This document shows, in pieces, positions 9,285-18,597 of a stretch of 57,882 nucleotides of DNA. Below the pieces are notes generated by a model that saw only the letters and a list, made by a program, of their open reading frames with translations, did not search any database and was not told the DNA's origin. The first letter of the stretch is position 1, and each line of letters starts with the position of its first letter. Source of the stretch: a virus (taxonomy: Duplodnaviria > Caudoviricetes); the IMG/VR virus record IMGVR_UViG_3300036885_000119, positions 1-57,882 of that record. One strand, given 5' to 3'. The translations under genes and the position numbers were made by a program.

Positions 9285-10400
9285 ATGCCAATTTCTCATC
9301 AGGCCTTTTTTTTCTGGGGACAAAACACAGCGTTGCCTTATACTAGATATTTGACACTTGCCACGTTTCGTTTGCAGCACCCTGATTGGCCTATGGCGTT
9401 GTACCAGTGCCGTTGTGCCGACAAGGATCATTGGGGCTGCGGGATCTTTGTGGACTTCCAGTTCAACGGTGAGGAGCTTGAAAAGCTTTACCGTGAGCTT
9501 GAGACTGAGGGTGTAAAGGTAGAACAAAATCTACGCGATGTTGCCTATGACGTGCTTCTGCACAGTAAAGAGCCTGCGCCGTGGGACTCAATACGGTATG
9601 ACCAGGCCGCTATTAAGGCCGCACTAAAGACTTGCACAACGCAAGAAACACTTACTTCTAAACTGCAAAAAGTTGTGGATAAGCGCATGGCGCGTGAGGC
9701 TCTGCGGCCACAGAAGCATAATTATATCCAGGAAGCGGTGGAACGTCTTGGGGTGGAGCTACGTGAATATGCGCCTGCCGACAAGCGCGTCTATACTATG
9801 CCACCGCCGAACGTGAGCGACATATTTAGCGTGGAGATCCTTGGGCAGCAGGGCGGTTGGTACTTGGACCTGGACCAGGTTGTGTTAAAGCCATTAACCG
9901 GCTTAAGCAACCACTATGATTTTGTTTGTGGCGGGCAAACCGTGTTCTACATTGGCATATTCGGTAGCAAACAGGGCGGGGCTGTGGTTGGTGATTTCTA
10001 CGGAAAGATGCTTGGCAGCTACGATCCAAAGTTCTACAATTCGTCAGGCATATCCGCCATTGTTCATAGCAGCCTTGAGGACAATGCTTGGCTGGCGTGG
10101 TTTAAAGACACGCGCAATGGAACAAACCATATCCTTGAGCAAAATCATTTTTACCCGTTGCTTGCGCCTGACGGCTCAAACAGGTTTTGGAGCGGTAATT
10201 TTGATATTTGCGGCAACGATGCGGCGGGGAGTGAGTGTGTACATTTTTATGGGGGGAACCCTGTCAGCCAGAAATTCTTTAGGGAAATGACACCGGATAA
10301 TATTTTATCTTACGAGGGTGGAGCAAACTGTATGTCAAAATACATAGCAAAGGTTTCCAATGGTGGACAATCGAATAAGAAAATATTCTGCTTTGAATGA
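9285..10400 (+). CDS. DxD glycosyltransferase (GT32/capsular-synthesis-like)
   Basis: FFFWG N-terminus and SDIFSVEILGQQGGWYLDLD motif. Confidence 0.75.
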   Translation: MPISHQAFFFWGQNTALPYTRYLTLATFRLQHPDWPMALYQCRCADKDHWGCGIFVDFQFNGEELEKLYRELETEGVKVEQNLRDVAYDVLLHSKEPAPWDSIRYDQAAIKAALKTCTTQETLTSKLQKVVDKRMAREALRPQKHNYIQEAVERLGVELREYAPADKRVYTMPPPNVSDIFSVEILGQQGGWYLDLDQVVLKPLTGLSNHYDFVCGGQTVFYIGIFGSKQGGAVVGDFYGKMLGSYDPKFYNSSGISAIVHSSLEDNAWLAWFKDTRNGTNHILEQNHFYPLLAPDGSNRFWSGNFDICGNDAAGSECVHFYGGNPVSQKFFREMTPDNILSYEGGANCMSKYIAKVSNGGQSNKKIFCFE

Positions 10401-10406
10401 GGCAAT

Positions 10407-10877
10407 ATGCTGTTTGAAGTAAACGCATCCGACATCTTTGAAATATCCGCGCTGATAGCGGCAGAAGCGGAAACGGGAAGCGTGCTGCCGCGCTGCGTTG
10501 ATTATGTGGCAGATCACTTGCCCAGCTTTGCCATTGTCAGGTGTGACGATAGGATAATTGGTTGCGCATCGTATAGGATATTCTACCAAATAGGCGAGCA
10601 GTCCATAGCTGAAATACGCTCGCTTGTTGTTGACCCGGAATACCGCAAGCAAGGCTACGGCGATTTTCTTATGATGGAAATTGCAAGGGAAATCGGTGAA
10701 AGGTGCATAAAAAGAATGTTTGTGTTTACGCTTGTGCCAGAGTTTTTCAAGCAGTACGGCTTTCATACGGTAGATGATGATTATGTTATAAAAACCACGT
10801 GGCTAGAAGATTGTAAAATTTGTCGCCATAATAACAAGGATTGTAAAGAAATATTCATGGTGAAGGAGGTTATATGA
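10407..10877 (+). CDS. GNAT N-acetyltransferase, short ArgA/amino-acid acetyltransferase-like
   Basis: AEIRSLVVDPEYRKQGYG acetyl-CoA motif, FVFTLVPEFFKQYGF, WLEDCKIC. Confidence 0.85.
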   Translation: MLFEVNASDIFEISALIAAEAETGSVLPRCVDYVADHLPSFAIVRCDDRIIGCASYRIFYQIGEQSIAEIRSLVVDPEYRKQGYGDFLMMEIAREIGERCIKRMFVFTLVPEFFKQYGFHTVDDDYVIKTTWLEDCKICRHNNKDCKEIFMVKEVI

Positions 10878-11053
10878 GTATCATAACCAGGATACTGCTG
10901 ATAGTGTTGGTGTGTTTTGTGGGTGGCGTTTGTGGTTGCTGTTTTGTGCTAGAGGAAGAATGGGCTCGAAGCGACGTTCTTGATTTTGGAATACTGATAT
11001 TGCTATTATTCTGGTTCGTAATGGAACGCTTGAATATGTACGGGAAACAATAA
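10874..11053 (+). CDS. small two-TM membrane protein
   Basis: Hand-translated 59 aa with two hydrophobic stretches; AGGAGG RBS; overlaps both neighbours. Confidence 0.55.
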   Translation: MSIITRILLIVLVCFVGGVCGCCFVLEEEWARSDVLDFGILILLLFWFVMERLNMYGKQ

Positions 11054-11763
11054 TGTTTGATCGCATTAATCTTATGGTGCCGTCATATAAACGGCCTGCA
11101 ATGCTGCGGACGTTTATTGATTCCGCATTGGAAACAGCAACAAATGAAGACAATCTGTGCTGGACAATCTTACTCAATGAAAAGGATGATTCATACAAAG
11201 ATTTTGTTTGGCCTATAAATTGTTGCATACTAAAGGAGAACTCCGGTGAACCAAACTTATCAGCATATTTCAACCAGATGTACAATGAAACGGCGCATAA
11301 AGGTGACGATGTTTTGGTCACTATGCTTGGTGATGATATGGCTTTTGAAACTTCGGGATGGGATGTTCAAATTCTTGCTAAGATTAACGAGAAAAATGGC
11401 ATCGGAATAGTCCACTGTGAGGACGGCTTTTGCTCCCACGGCGCTTGCCCGGTGAATATATTTACTACACGCAAGTTTGTTGAAGCCTGCGGTGGTGAGT
11501 TTATGTGTAGTGCGTTCAAGCGGTTCTGGATGGATGAAATATGGGGGCGGCTGGCGGATATGGCAAAGTGCAATTATTTTCTGCCAAACGTGGTGGTTAA
11601 ACACAACCACACAAGTGGCAAGAACAGCCACGACGAAACATTTCGGCGGTTAGAAAATATGGGTGTGCATGAAATGGCTGGCGGAATTGATGTGGCGCGT
11701 GAGGCTATTTGGCCGTTTATTGAAGTTATGTATGACAACCTATTAGAAAGTGGGTTAATATGA
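11053..11763 (+). CDS. glycosyltransferase family 2-like
   Basis: LMVPSYKRP, MLGDDM (DxD-like), WMDEIW, KHNH. Confidence 0.75.
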   Translation: MFDRINLMVPSYKRPAMLRTFIDSALETATNEDNLCWTILLNEKDDSYKDFVWPINCCILKENSGEPNLSAYFNQMYNETAHKGDDVLVTMLGDDMAFETSGWDVQILAKINEKNGIGIVHCEDGFCSHGACPVNIFTTRKFVEACGGEFMCSAFKRFWMDEIWGRLADMAKCNYFLPNVVVKHNHTSGKNSHDETFRRLENMGVHEMAGGIDVAREAIWPFIEVMYDNLLESGLI

Positions 11764-12113
11764 GCGACCCTATCCATGATGACATGCCTGAAGTCAAACG
11801 TGACACTATGCAGCCGCATGGTGACCGCGTTCTCTTGCGCATGGAGAAGCCCAAACAAAAGGGCGCTATACTAATCCCGGACAGTGTAAAGTCTCTGGAC
11901 AATTGCTGGTATGGCGTTGTGCTCGCCAAGGGCAAAGGCGATAATGCTGACAATATTCCTCTTGGTGTTCGTGTCATGGTGGAAAAGATGTTTAAAATGA
12001 CCGGCGGCATGGAGGGTATGGGAATGAACGGTATTGATTGTGGTGAGCATGGATTAGATGGTAAGGGGTGTATGTTGCTGGATGCAGATAAGGTGCTGGC
12101 GGTGGTGGAATGA
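11760..12113 (+). CDS. groES: GroES-like co-chaperonin
   Basis: MQPHGDRVLLR, GAILIPDS, GVVLAKGKG, LLDADKVLAVVE. Confidence 0.85.
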   Translation: MSDPIHDDMPEVKRDTMQPHGDRVLLRMEKPKQKGAILIPDSVKSLDNCWYGVVLAKGKGDNADNIPLGVRVMVEKMFKMTGGMEGMGMNGIDCGEHGLDGKGCMLLDADKVLAVVE

Positions 12114-12745
12114 AAAATGCTGTTCTTGTTACCGCTATTCCTGACATGGATTGGGTAAAAACTCATGGCGCTATGTGCCTCGAAGTTATTCGCAAGTATT
12201 TTGAGCGGCACAATCATGAATTGATAGTAATTACCGAGAGGCCCAAGGTTGACGCAAAGCACAATTCATGGTTGTGGTTGTTAGGACATAAATTGTATCC
12301 AGGTTATAATTATTTACTTTGTTGGAACCTCGACATATTGCCGCAGCTATTCGATGTGGACATCTTTGATTATCTTGACATGAACCGGATTGCGGCTTGT
12401 GTTGAATTTAATGGCCTTAGTACATTTCCTTATTATCGTTATAATTGCGGACTTGTGGGAATGCCACAAAAGTATCAAGCCTTTTTTGAGGGGTGTTTTA
12501 ATAAATGGGGCAACAATCCCAAAAACTGGCCGTCTTGGGAACAATATTATGTTAATATGGAACTCGGAGAACAGGCAATAGACGTTCAAGAAATACCTCG
12601 CAAGTTCAATACCTTTTATGAAAGTAATGAAAAAGATACTGTTTGCGTTCATTATTCTTTTTCTGTTTACAAGGATAGGGCCCCTCTTGCCACGGACGCA
12701 ATGGAAAAACATTATAAGCGGTTGAAAAAAGTCGGAACAATATGA
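12110..12745 (+). CDS. putative GT-A glycosyltransferase (GT8/GT34-like)
   Basis: NLDI (degenerate DxD), YNCGLV, WEQYYVN, KFN, CVHY. Confidence 0.6.
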   Translation: MKNAVLVTAIPDMDWVKTHGAMCLEVIRKYFERHNHELIVITERPKVDAKHNSWLWLLGHKLYPGYNYLLCWNLDILPQLFDVDIFDYLDMNRIAACVEFNGLSTFPYYRYNCGLVGMPQKYQAFFEGCFNKWGNNPKNWPSWEQYYVNMELGEQAIDVQEIPRKFNTFYESNEKDTVCVHYSFSVYKDRAPLATDAMEKHYKRLKKVGTI

Positions 12746-13656
12746 TCTTCGCGCCACAATTAAAACTTGCTTCACATCCGCAATTTCCAAAGTTCCTTAC
12801 TGGCGAAACCGTTCCGATTATCAATATAGAAATTTCACCTTCGAGCGTATGTGATGCAAAGTGCTCCGCTTGTTTTTACAAGGAAGATAAGAACGTAAAA
12901 GAAAAGTTCATTCACTGGGGGCCATTGTTCGCCTTTCTTCTTGATGCTGACACTCATGGTCTTGAGGCCATAACTTGGAGCGGCGGCGGCGAACCAACCT
13001 TGCACCCGGATTTTTCTGATCTTGTTTTCCGTGTGGCATCACAAACAAAATTGAACCAAGGCTTGTTTACCAATGCTTTGTTAAAACCGAAATACCGAGC
13101 CAGCTTTCTTAAATGGATTCGTGTATCAAAAACAAATGAGTCATGGCCTGACGGACACATATTTTTGCTAAGACAGCAAAATGCCAATGTGGGTTTGTGT
13201 GTTAATTACCGGGGAAAAGAGGACGATTGGGACATTAAGGAGGGCTTGCGGCTTGTTCACAAGATGGAGTTACGGTATCTCCAGGTTCGACCCGCGCTCA
13301 ATATTATGGGCAAGACAATAGAGATTAATCTCCCAGACATTAAAGACGACAAGTTGATTATCACACCTTATAAATTCCACGAATGCTCAAAAAAAGATCG
13401 AGGATATACGCTTTGCCAAGGCTTTCATTTTTCAACCATGATTTGGGAAAACGGCATGATGTCGCCCTGTATGTACATGAGACATCATCAAGAATACAAC
13501 ATTGGCAGCATTTATGAAAATCGCTTTGTGGATTTGTGTGAAAAAATGCCCAAGAGCTTGCCCGTGCTCGATGATTGTCAGATTTGTTGTAAAAATAACG
13601 AGATTAATAAACTGATAAACGATTGCAAAAAATTGGAAGATGTGAGTTTTGTATAA
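12742..13656 (+). CDS. radical SAM protein with SPASM/twitch domain
   Basis: CDAKCSAC (CxxxCxxC), SGGGEPTLHP, C-terminal C...G..SPC...IGSI...CQICC. Confidence 0.9.
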   Translation: MIFAPQLKLASHPQFPKFLTGETVPIINIEISPSSVCDAKCSACFYKEDKNVKEKFIHWGPLFAFLLDADTHGLEAITWSGGGEPTLHPDFSDLVFRVASQTKLNQGLFTNALLKPKYRASFLKWIRVSKTNESWPDGHIFLLRQQNANVGLCVNYRGKEDDWDIKEGLRLVHKMELRYLQVRPALNIMGKTIEINLPDIKDDKLIITPYKFHECSKKDRGYTLCQGFHFSTMIWENGMMSPCMYMRHHQEYNIGSIYENRFVDLCEKMPKSLPVLDDCQICCKNNEINKLINDCKKLEDVSFV

Positions 13657-14208
13657 ATGATACTATCCATCCTTATACCAACACTTTTAGACCGTGCAGA
13701 CATGCTCAAAAATCTTATGTCTGATCTTTACGAGCAAGCGGAATTGATTAATGCTGATTCTGACATTGAGATTGTATGCAACAAAGATAAGGGTGAACAG
13801 ACAACTGGCTACAAGCGCAACAAGCTCCTGAGCGACGCGGTGGGGGAATATATAGTATTCGTGGACGACGATGACAAGGTATCTCACTCTTATTGTAAGC
13901 TGATTATGGATGCACTGGCAAGCAAGCCGGACGTTGTTGGGATAAGAGGGATATATATCGTCAATGGGCAATACAATGGTGTTTTCGAACATTCAATCAA
14001 GCATAAGGCGTGGTCACAAGAGGGAAACAAATATTACCGTTGCCCAAACCATTTAAATCCAGTGCGTCGTGAACTTGCATTACAGGCCGGGTTCCCAAAC
14101 ACAATAATCGGTGAGGACAGGGATTACAGCATGAATCTGTTACCGCTATTGAAGACAGAGGTAATGATCGAAACTCCAATTTACGAATATTACGCGAGGG
14201 CTAAATGA
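13657..14208 (+). CDS. glycosyltransferase family 2
   Basis: LSILIPT, KRN, YIVFVDDDD, GED. Confidence 0.85.
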   Translation: MILSILIPTLLDRADMLKNLMSDLYEQAELINADSDIEIVCNKDKGEQTTGYKRNKLLSDAVGEYIVFVDDDDKVSHSYCKLIMDALASKPDVVGIRGIYIVNGQYNGVFEHSIKHKAWSQEGNKYYRCPNHLNPVRRELALQAGFPNTIIGEDRDYSMNLLPLLKTEVMIETPIYEYYARAK

Positions 14209-14441
14209 CCCACCCCGCGCTACAGGCCGTGAGGTGTCCCAGGCTGCGCAACAAGGGCGGCAGGCACGATACTTTATGTAACGCTCTTGTAATACCGGGA
14301 AAGGATTATGCTTTTTGTCATAAATGTAGTGCGTTTTTCAGGATTATAAGAGTTCCCGGCAAGCCGCTAAAGTTGATTGATATTGATAAGGATGAAATTA
14401 GGTTTATGTGGCTGTTACTGGAATATCAAAATATATCTTGA
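14205..14441 (+). CDS. small Cys-rich (Zn-ribbon-like) protein
   Basis: CP...LC...CHKC; ATGA overlap. Confidence 0.55.
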   Translation: MTHPALQAVRCPRLRNKGGRHDTLCNALVIPGKDYAFCHKCSAFFRIIRVPGKPLKLIDIDKDEIRFMWLLLEYQNIS

Positions 14442-14466
14442 CACACAAGCCGCTTGAGTGTATAAT
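14438..14466 (+). promoter_or_regulatory. perfect consensus sigma70 promoter (moron promoter)
   Basis: TTGACA-17 nt-TATAAT, with ATG 6 nt downstream (leaderless). Confidence 0.85.
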
Positions 14467-14472
14467 ATAAGT

Positions 14473-14613
14473 ATGGATAAAATAAGTAAGTACTTTTCTA
14501 AGATCGGTCGAAAGGGTGGCAAATCCGGGAAGGGAGATTCTAAGCGGCGTGGCAATTCGGATTATTACAGGAGAATAAGAAAAGGGAACAATAAACAAGG
14601 AGGTAAAAAATGA
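14473..14613 (+). CDS. small basic KGG-motif protein, probably leaderless
   Basis: MDKISKYFSKIGRKGGKSGKGDSKRRGNSDYYRRIRKGNNKQGGKK; ATGA overlap with the next gene. Confidence 0.65.
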   Translation: MDKISKYFSKIGRKGGKSGKGDSKRRGNSDYYRRIRKGNNKQGGKK

Positions 14614-15011
14614 AAAAGGTAATTATTTTTTTAGTAGGAGTTTTGTTGTGTTGCAGCAATCCGACAGCACCTAAAACTGCGGTGATAGCTTGGAGGGTTG
14701 TTAAGATTTATTACGATCCACAAATATCACCTCCGTTTGATGACCGGATAGTAAGCAAAGATACCTCAAGAGTTTTATACAGGGACAGCACTGACAGTAT
14801 GTCGTTTAAACAGTTTGGAACATGGCACTCTATACCGGCGTGGTATGGTTCTGAAATAGGTATTCCTACTGGCGATACCATACGTATTTTCTCTAATGGC
14901 ATAAATGATACGTTGCGCTCATATTTTACCTGTAATGGTTTGTTGTATTTTGCCGGTAATGGCGCAGATACTTTGATTGTCACCAAAGACACGACTTGGA
15001 TATTGAATTAA
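14610..15011 (+). CDS. putative lipoprotein
   Basis: MKKVIIFLVGVLLCCSNP signal peptide II/lipobox-like start; AGGAGG RBS. Confidence 0.7.
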   Translation: MKKVIIFLVGVLLCCSNPTAPKTAVIAWRVVKIYYDPQISPPFDDRIVSKDTSRVLYRDSTDSMSFKQFGTWHSIPAWYGSEIGIPTGDTIRIFSNGINDTLRSYFTCNGLLYFAGNGADTLIVTKDTTWILN

Positions 15012-15018
15012 GGTATAA

Positions 15019-15070
15019 TTACCGATTTATGTAAAAAGGTCTTGCATTGTTGATAATTTGATGTTATATT
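15019..15070 (+). promoter_or_regulatory. second late promoter with TTAC-N8-GTAA box
   Basis: TTACCGATTTATGTAAA, 6 nt, TTGCAT, 17 nt, TATATT, upstream of portal. Confidence 0.65.
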
Positions 15071-15140
15071 GAGTTCGAGTATTCATATCTTCAACTGAAT
15101 CTCACCTTATGCCGCTCTTCGGTTCGGTGCCGAGAGCGAC

Positions 15141-17285
15141 ATGCCAGAAAATCAGCTACAAGAAGGTTTGCCAGAGAGTGCCGCTACTGCCGCCGCTGCC
15201 GTTATCGAACGGGCGATGGGTGTCGGACAGCAGAAGGTAAATTTCGTTAATACCCGCTTCCAGAATTGTCTCAACGCTTTAATTCCTCGTCGTGACCGCC
15301 TCTTTTTAAACCTCGACAAATACTGCGGATACCAACTCGACCCAGAGCAGATTAAAAAACTGGACAAGGCCCGCCGTGTGCCTATTGTGATGAATCTTTC
15401 CAAACGCAAGGTTCAGGGGCTTGCTGCGGCAATCGTAAAGAACATCTGGGACATTGACGTGTTGCCTATGGATGGCAAGCGTAATACGCTGATGTATGCT
15501 ATCCAGGACATGATGAAGGTTGACCAGAGTTATTCGCGCTGGGACTACAACTTTCTCATGCACATCATCTATGCGCTGATTTCTGATTCTGTAATGGAGA
15601 TGATTTTTACCAATGAAATTGACCCTATGGGGCGCATAGGGTGGGAAGTGTGCCAGCCAGGGATGGTTGCTTATGATCCTAATTGGAGAACGGGCGTAAG
15701 CAAAGACTTAAATTTTGTTTTCAAATACATGAAGCTCACCGCCGACCAGATCATGCAGCTCTACCCAGACCAAACAGAGAGAATACAAAGAAACCTCCTA
15801 ATGGATTTAACACTGGGCGGAAATTTTGATACTCCAAAAATCTCAGATTACAAAGACTATACACAGTCTAAAACCATGAATGGGCAATATGATGTAGTGG
15901 AATATAATTACGTTGTTGAGGAAGAAGATGTTGTAGAGGTTGCCATTAACGCAAATCTTGAGTTGCCCAAGACCGATGACTACCAAGTTAAAAAGGATTT
16001 CGTTGAAGCAAACAAAATAAAATATGAAGACATTCATTCCATTTATCAAACAATAAAAAAGCCAAAAATTTGCACAATATGTCCTGGTATTGTTCCTGAA
16101 CAACCCCTTTACGACGGATATGATATATTCCAGATCAAACGCCTCAGATTTTTCCCTCTTGCATCAGAGCGTATTGTCGGTGAGCCTTTTGGAATCATGG
16201 ATGTGCTTACTAACATGCAGGATGCTATTAACAAACTGATAAACAACTCACAAGGAATTATTGATTCGGCTGCTCATGGCGGCGGGGCTGTCAATCCTGA
16301 GATTGTTGGTAACGATGATACAAAAATGGAGGAGATTAAAAAGCGTTGGAGCGATCCGTTCTATAAATTCTTTGGCAGCCCTGCCGCTTTTGCATCAGGG
16401 AAGTCAATGTTTTTACCCTTTCCGCACAATGACGTTGATGCCGGGATATTTAATCAGCTTTCTAAAATACTTTATGAATTGAACAATGATGTTCTACCGC
16501 TAAATCCTGCCGCCGAGGGAAAAAGCGAACACGCCGGCGAGCCTGGCATTCTATTCAACATGAAGATGCAAATTATTGAGCAGGCGCAGCTTGTTTTAAT
16601 GAGAAACATAGAGAATTTCCTACTTGAAGCTGGTGAGGCTTATGTTGATGCTGGAAAAATACTCTATAGTAAAACTAAACGAACATTCTATAAGAATGAT
16701 GGCTCGGAAATAGTTATTAATGATATAAAAACTTTACCCAGTGGTGACATTGCAATAGATAACGATTTGGGAAGTTTACAGCGATGCCGCATTGTAGTTA
16801 CTCTCTCCCCGAAATCTCCTAATTCTCAGTTTACAAAGCGCATGACTCACATGGACGTATTGAACCTTCTTTACAAAGACGCTGTGAACAACATTGAGCT
16901 AATAGGCATGACACAGGGAAAAATTCTTGAAACTATTCCGTGTGATGATGAGGAAGAAAAGATACGCGCCCAGATGATTGAGCGGCGTAACCAGCTTGGT
17001 AAGATGAGAATGGATGCAATGCTTAACACGCCTCCTGGCGGCGCACAACAGAAGCCGCCGACGTTGGCTTTCAGGTACGCCGATCTTGAACCCGAAGCAA
17101 AAGTACAGGCATTGAAGAAAATTGGCATAGAGGTGGGGTCACAGCAAGGACAGGAACCAGGGCAACAACAGGGACAGCCGCAACAGCCCCCACATGCCGA
17201 GGCCCAGCAAAAATTACAGCAGAATTTACAACCACTCACAGCTCCGCAAGGGGCAAGCCAGACGGCAAGTCCGTCTCAAACTTAA
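15141..17285 (+). CDS. portal protein (P22-like)
   Basis: 714 aa; Y.G.Q...PIVMN N-terminus, PFGIMDVLTNMQDAINKLIN, Q/P-rich tail; position before scaffold and capsid. Confidence 0.8.
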   Translation: MPENQLQEGLPESAATAAAAVIERAMGVGQQKVNFVNTRFQNCLNALIPRRDRLFLNLDKYCGYQLDPEQIKKLDKARRVPIVMNLSKRKVQGLAAAIVKNIWDIDVLPMDGKRNTLMYAIQDMMKVDQSYSRWDYNFLMHIIYALISDSVMEMIFTNEIDPMGRIGWEVCQPGMVAYDPNWRTGVSKDLNFVFKYMKLTADQIMQLYPDQTERIQRNLLMDLTLGGNFDTPKISDYKDYTQSKTMNGQYDVVEYNYVVEEEDVVEVAINANLELPKTDDYQVKKDFVEANKIKYEDIHSIYQTIKKPKICTICPGIVPEQPLYDGYDIFQIKRLRFFPLASERIVGEPFGIMDVLTNMQDAINKLINNSQGIIDSAAHGGGAVNPEIVGNDDTKMEEIKKRWSDPFYKFFGSPAAFASGKSMFLPFPHNDVDAGIFNQLSKILYELNNDVLPLNPAAEGKSEHAGEPGILFNMKMQIIEQAQLVLMRNIENFLLEAGEAYVDAGKILYSKTKRTFYKNDGSEIVINDIKTLPSGDIAIDNDLGSLQRCRIVVTLSPKSPNSQFTKRMTHMDVLNLLYKDAVNNIELIGMTQGKILETIPCDDEEEKIRAQMIERRNQLGKMRMDAMLNTPPGGAQQKPPTLAFRYADLEPEAKVQALKKIGIEVGSQQGQEPGQQQGQPQQPPHAEAQQKLQQNLQPLTAPQGASQTASPSQT

Positions 17286-17298
17286 CAGAGGAGTAACC

Positions 17299-18585
17299 AT
17301 GCCAGACAAGGCAACACAAGAATTGGACACTGGGGTTGAAATTCCCAATGTCAATGATTTGTCGAAAGAGGAGTTGGAACACGTAGCCGCTTCTACCCCG
17401 GAGCAACTTGCGGCGGAATTGACAGCGCCAGAAGAGGAAGAGGTTCCTGGCGGTGAGGCAGCTCCCGAAGACCAAGCCGCGCCAGAGGAAAAGCAGACTA
17501 CAGTACTAAAAGGGAAATCTAAGCCACAATCTAAAACATCCCCCAGTGAGGCCATTGAGGTTGTTTTGGACGATGGCCGAAAGATAGTCTTTGATAACAA
17601 AGATCAGTTGCTTCAAAACTTCAAATCCTTGCGGATTAGCCTTGATAAATTCAATGCCGAACGCGGCACAACTTATAAGGAACTCCAGAGGATGAGAGAT
17701 TTGGAACAACAGTATACCGCTTTGCAAAGAGAGCTTGAGGACTTGAAGCGTGTCCCCGCTCACCCGCCCAAAGGCCAACAGGCGGCAGCGACGACAGACA
17801 TGGTTCATAAAGCCGAGGAAGCAGGGATAGACCCTAAAGAGTTTTTTAAGGACTTAACCCCTGAAAATTTTGCAGAGAAAATGGCGGAGATTCTTGATAC
17901 TGCCGCCATGCAAGCAGAAAAACGGTTGTCCCCCAGGCTACAGGCAGCCGAGGATGAGAACAAAAAGCTTCGTGAGGAGTTTGGACAAATCCGTACAGAC
18001 ATGACGTATCGTGAGCAGAAAAGCGTTTTTGATTCGCATTACCTTAACCTGATGAATGAGATTACTCAGCTTCAGGCAAAGGTTCCTGCGATAAAGACGC
18101 AATGGACTCCCGAACAGATCAATGCCGCAATACAGCAGTACGGTTCCGAACAAGCCCAGCTTGTTGTTCCTCCTGGTGACTTTGATAAATGGACGATTAT
18201 TGAATCCATGCTCAAGGAAGATTATTGCCCTATTGATAGCCAGGGGCGGCTCGATATTACACAACGTAAACTAAAATCCATTAACAGTGCGTGGGCAGCG
18301 TTTCAGGTTGAACATCCAGAGCTTAACGATCAGACCGTAGCGGCGGCACATACTCAAGGTCAGCAACAGGTTTTAGATCAGGTACAGCGGGTTACGAATA
18401 GACCGCCGACCTTACCTAATAATTTGTCAACGGCCGACACGAATCCCGACGCTATGACTATCGAACAAGCTCAAAAATGGATAAGTACGCCACCGGAAAC
18501 GCTTGCCATTTGGAAACGCACAAAAGACCCGCGATACCAAAAATTCGAGGAGGCGCAGGCTTTCGCGGAAAAGTACGCGGGATAG
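17299..18585 (+). CDS. scaffolding protein (putative)
   Basis: Acidic N-terminus and coiled coils, between portal and capsid; ATG at 17299 after GAGGAG. Confidence 0.65.
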   Translation: MPDKATQELDTGVEIPNVNDLSKEELEHVAASTPEQLAAELTAPEEEEVPGGEAAPEDQAAPEEKQTTVLKGKSKPQSKTSPSEAIEVVLDDGRKIVFDNKDQLLQNFKSLRISLDKFNAERGTTYKELQRMRDLEQQYTALQRELEDLKRVPAHPPKGQQAAATTDMVHKAEEAGIDPKEFFKDLTPENFAEKMAEILDTAAMQAEKRLSPRLQAAEDENKKLREEFGQIRTDMTYREQKSVFDSHYLNLMNEITQLQAKVPAIKTQWTPEQINAAIQQYGSEQAQLVVPPGDFDKWTIIESMLKEDYCPIDSQGRLDITQRKLKSINSAWAAFQVEHPELNDQTVAAAHTQGQQQVLDQVQRVTNRPPTLPNNLSTADTNPDAMTIEQAQKWISTPPETLAIWKRTKDPRYQKFEEAQAFAEKYAG

Positions 18586-18597
18586 AAAGAATTTATT

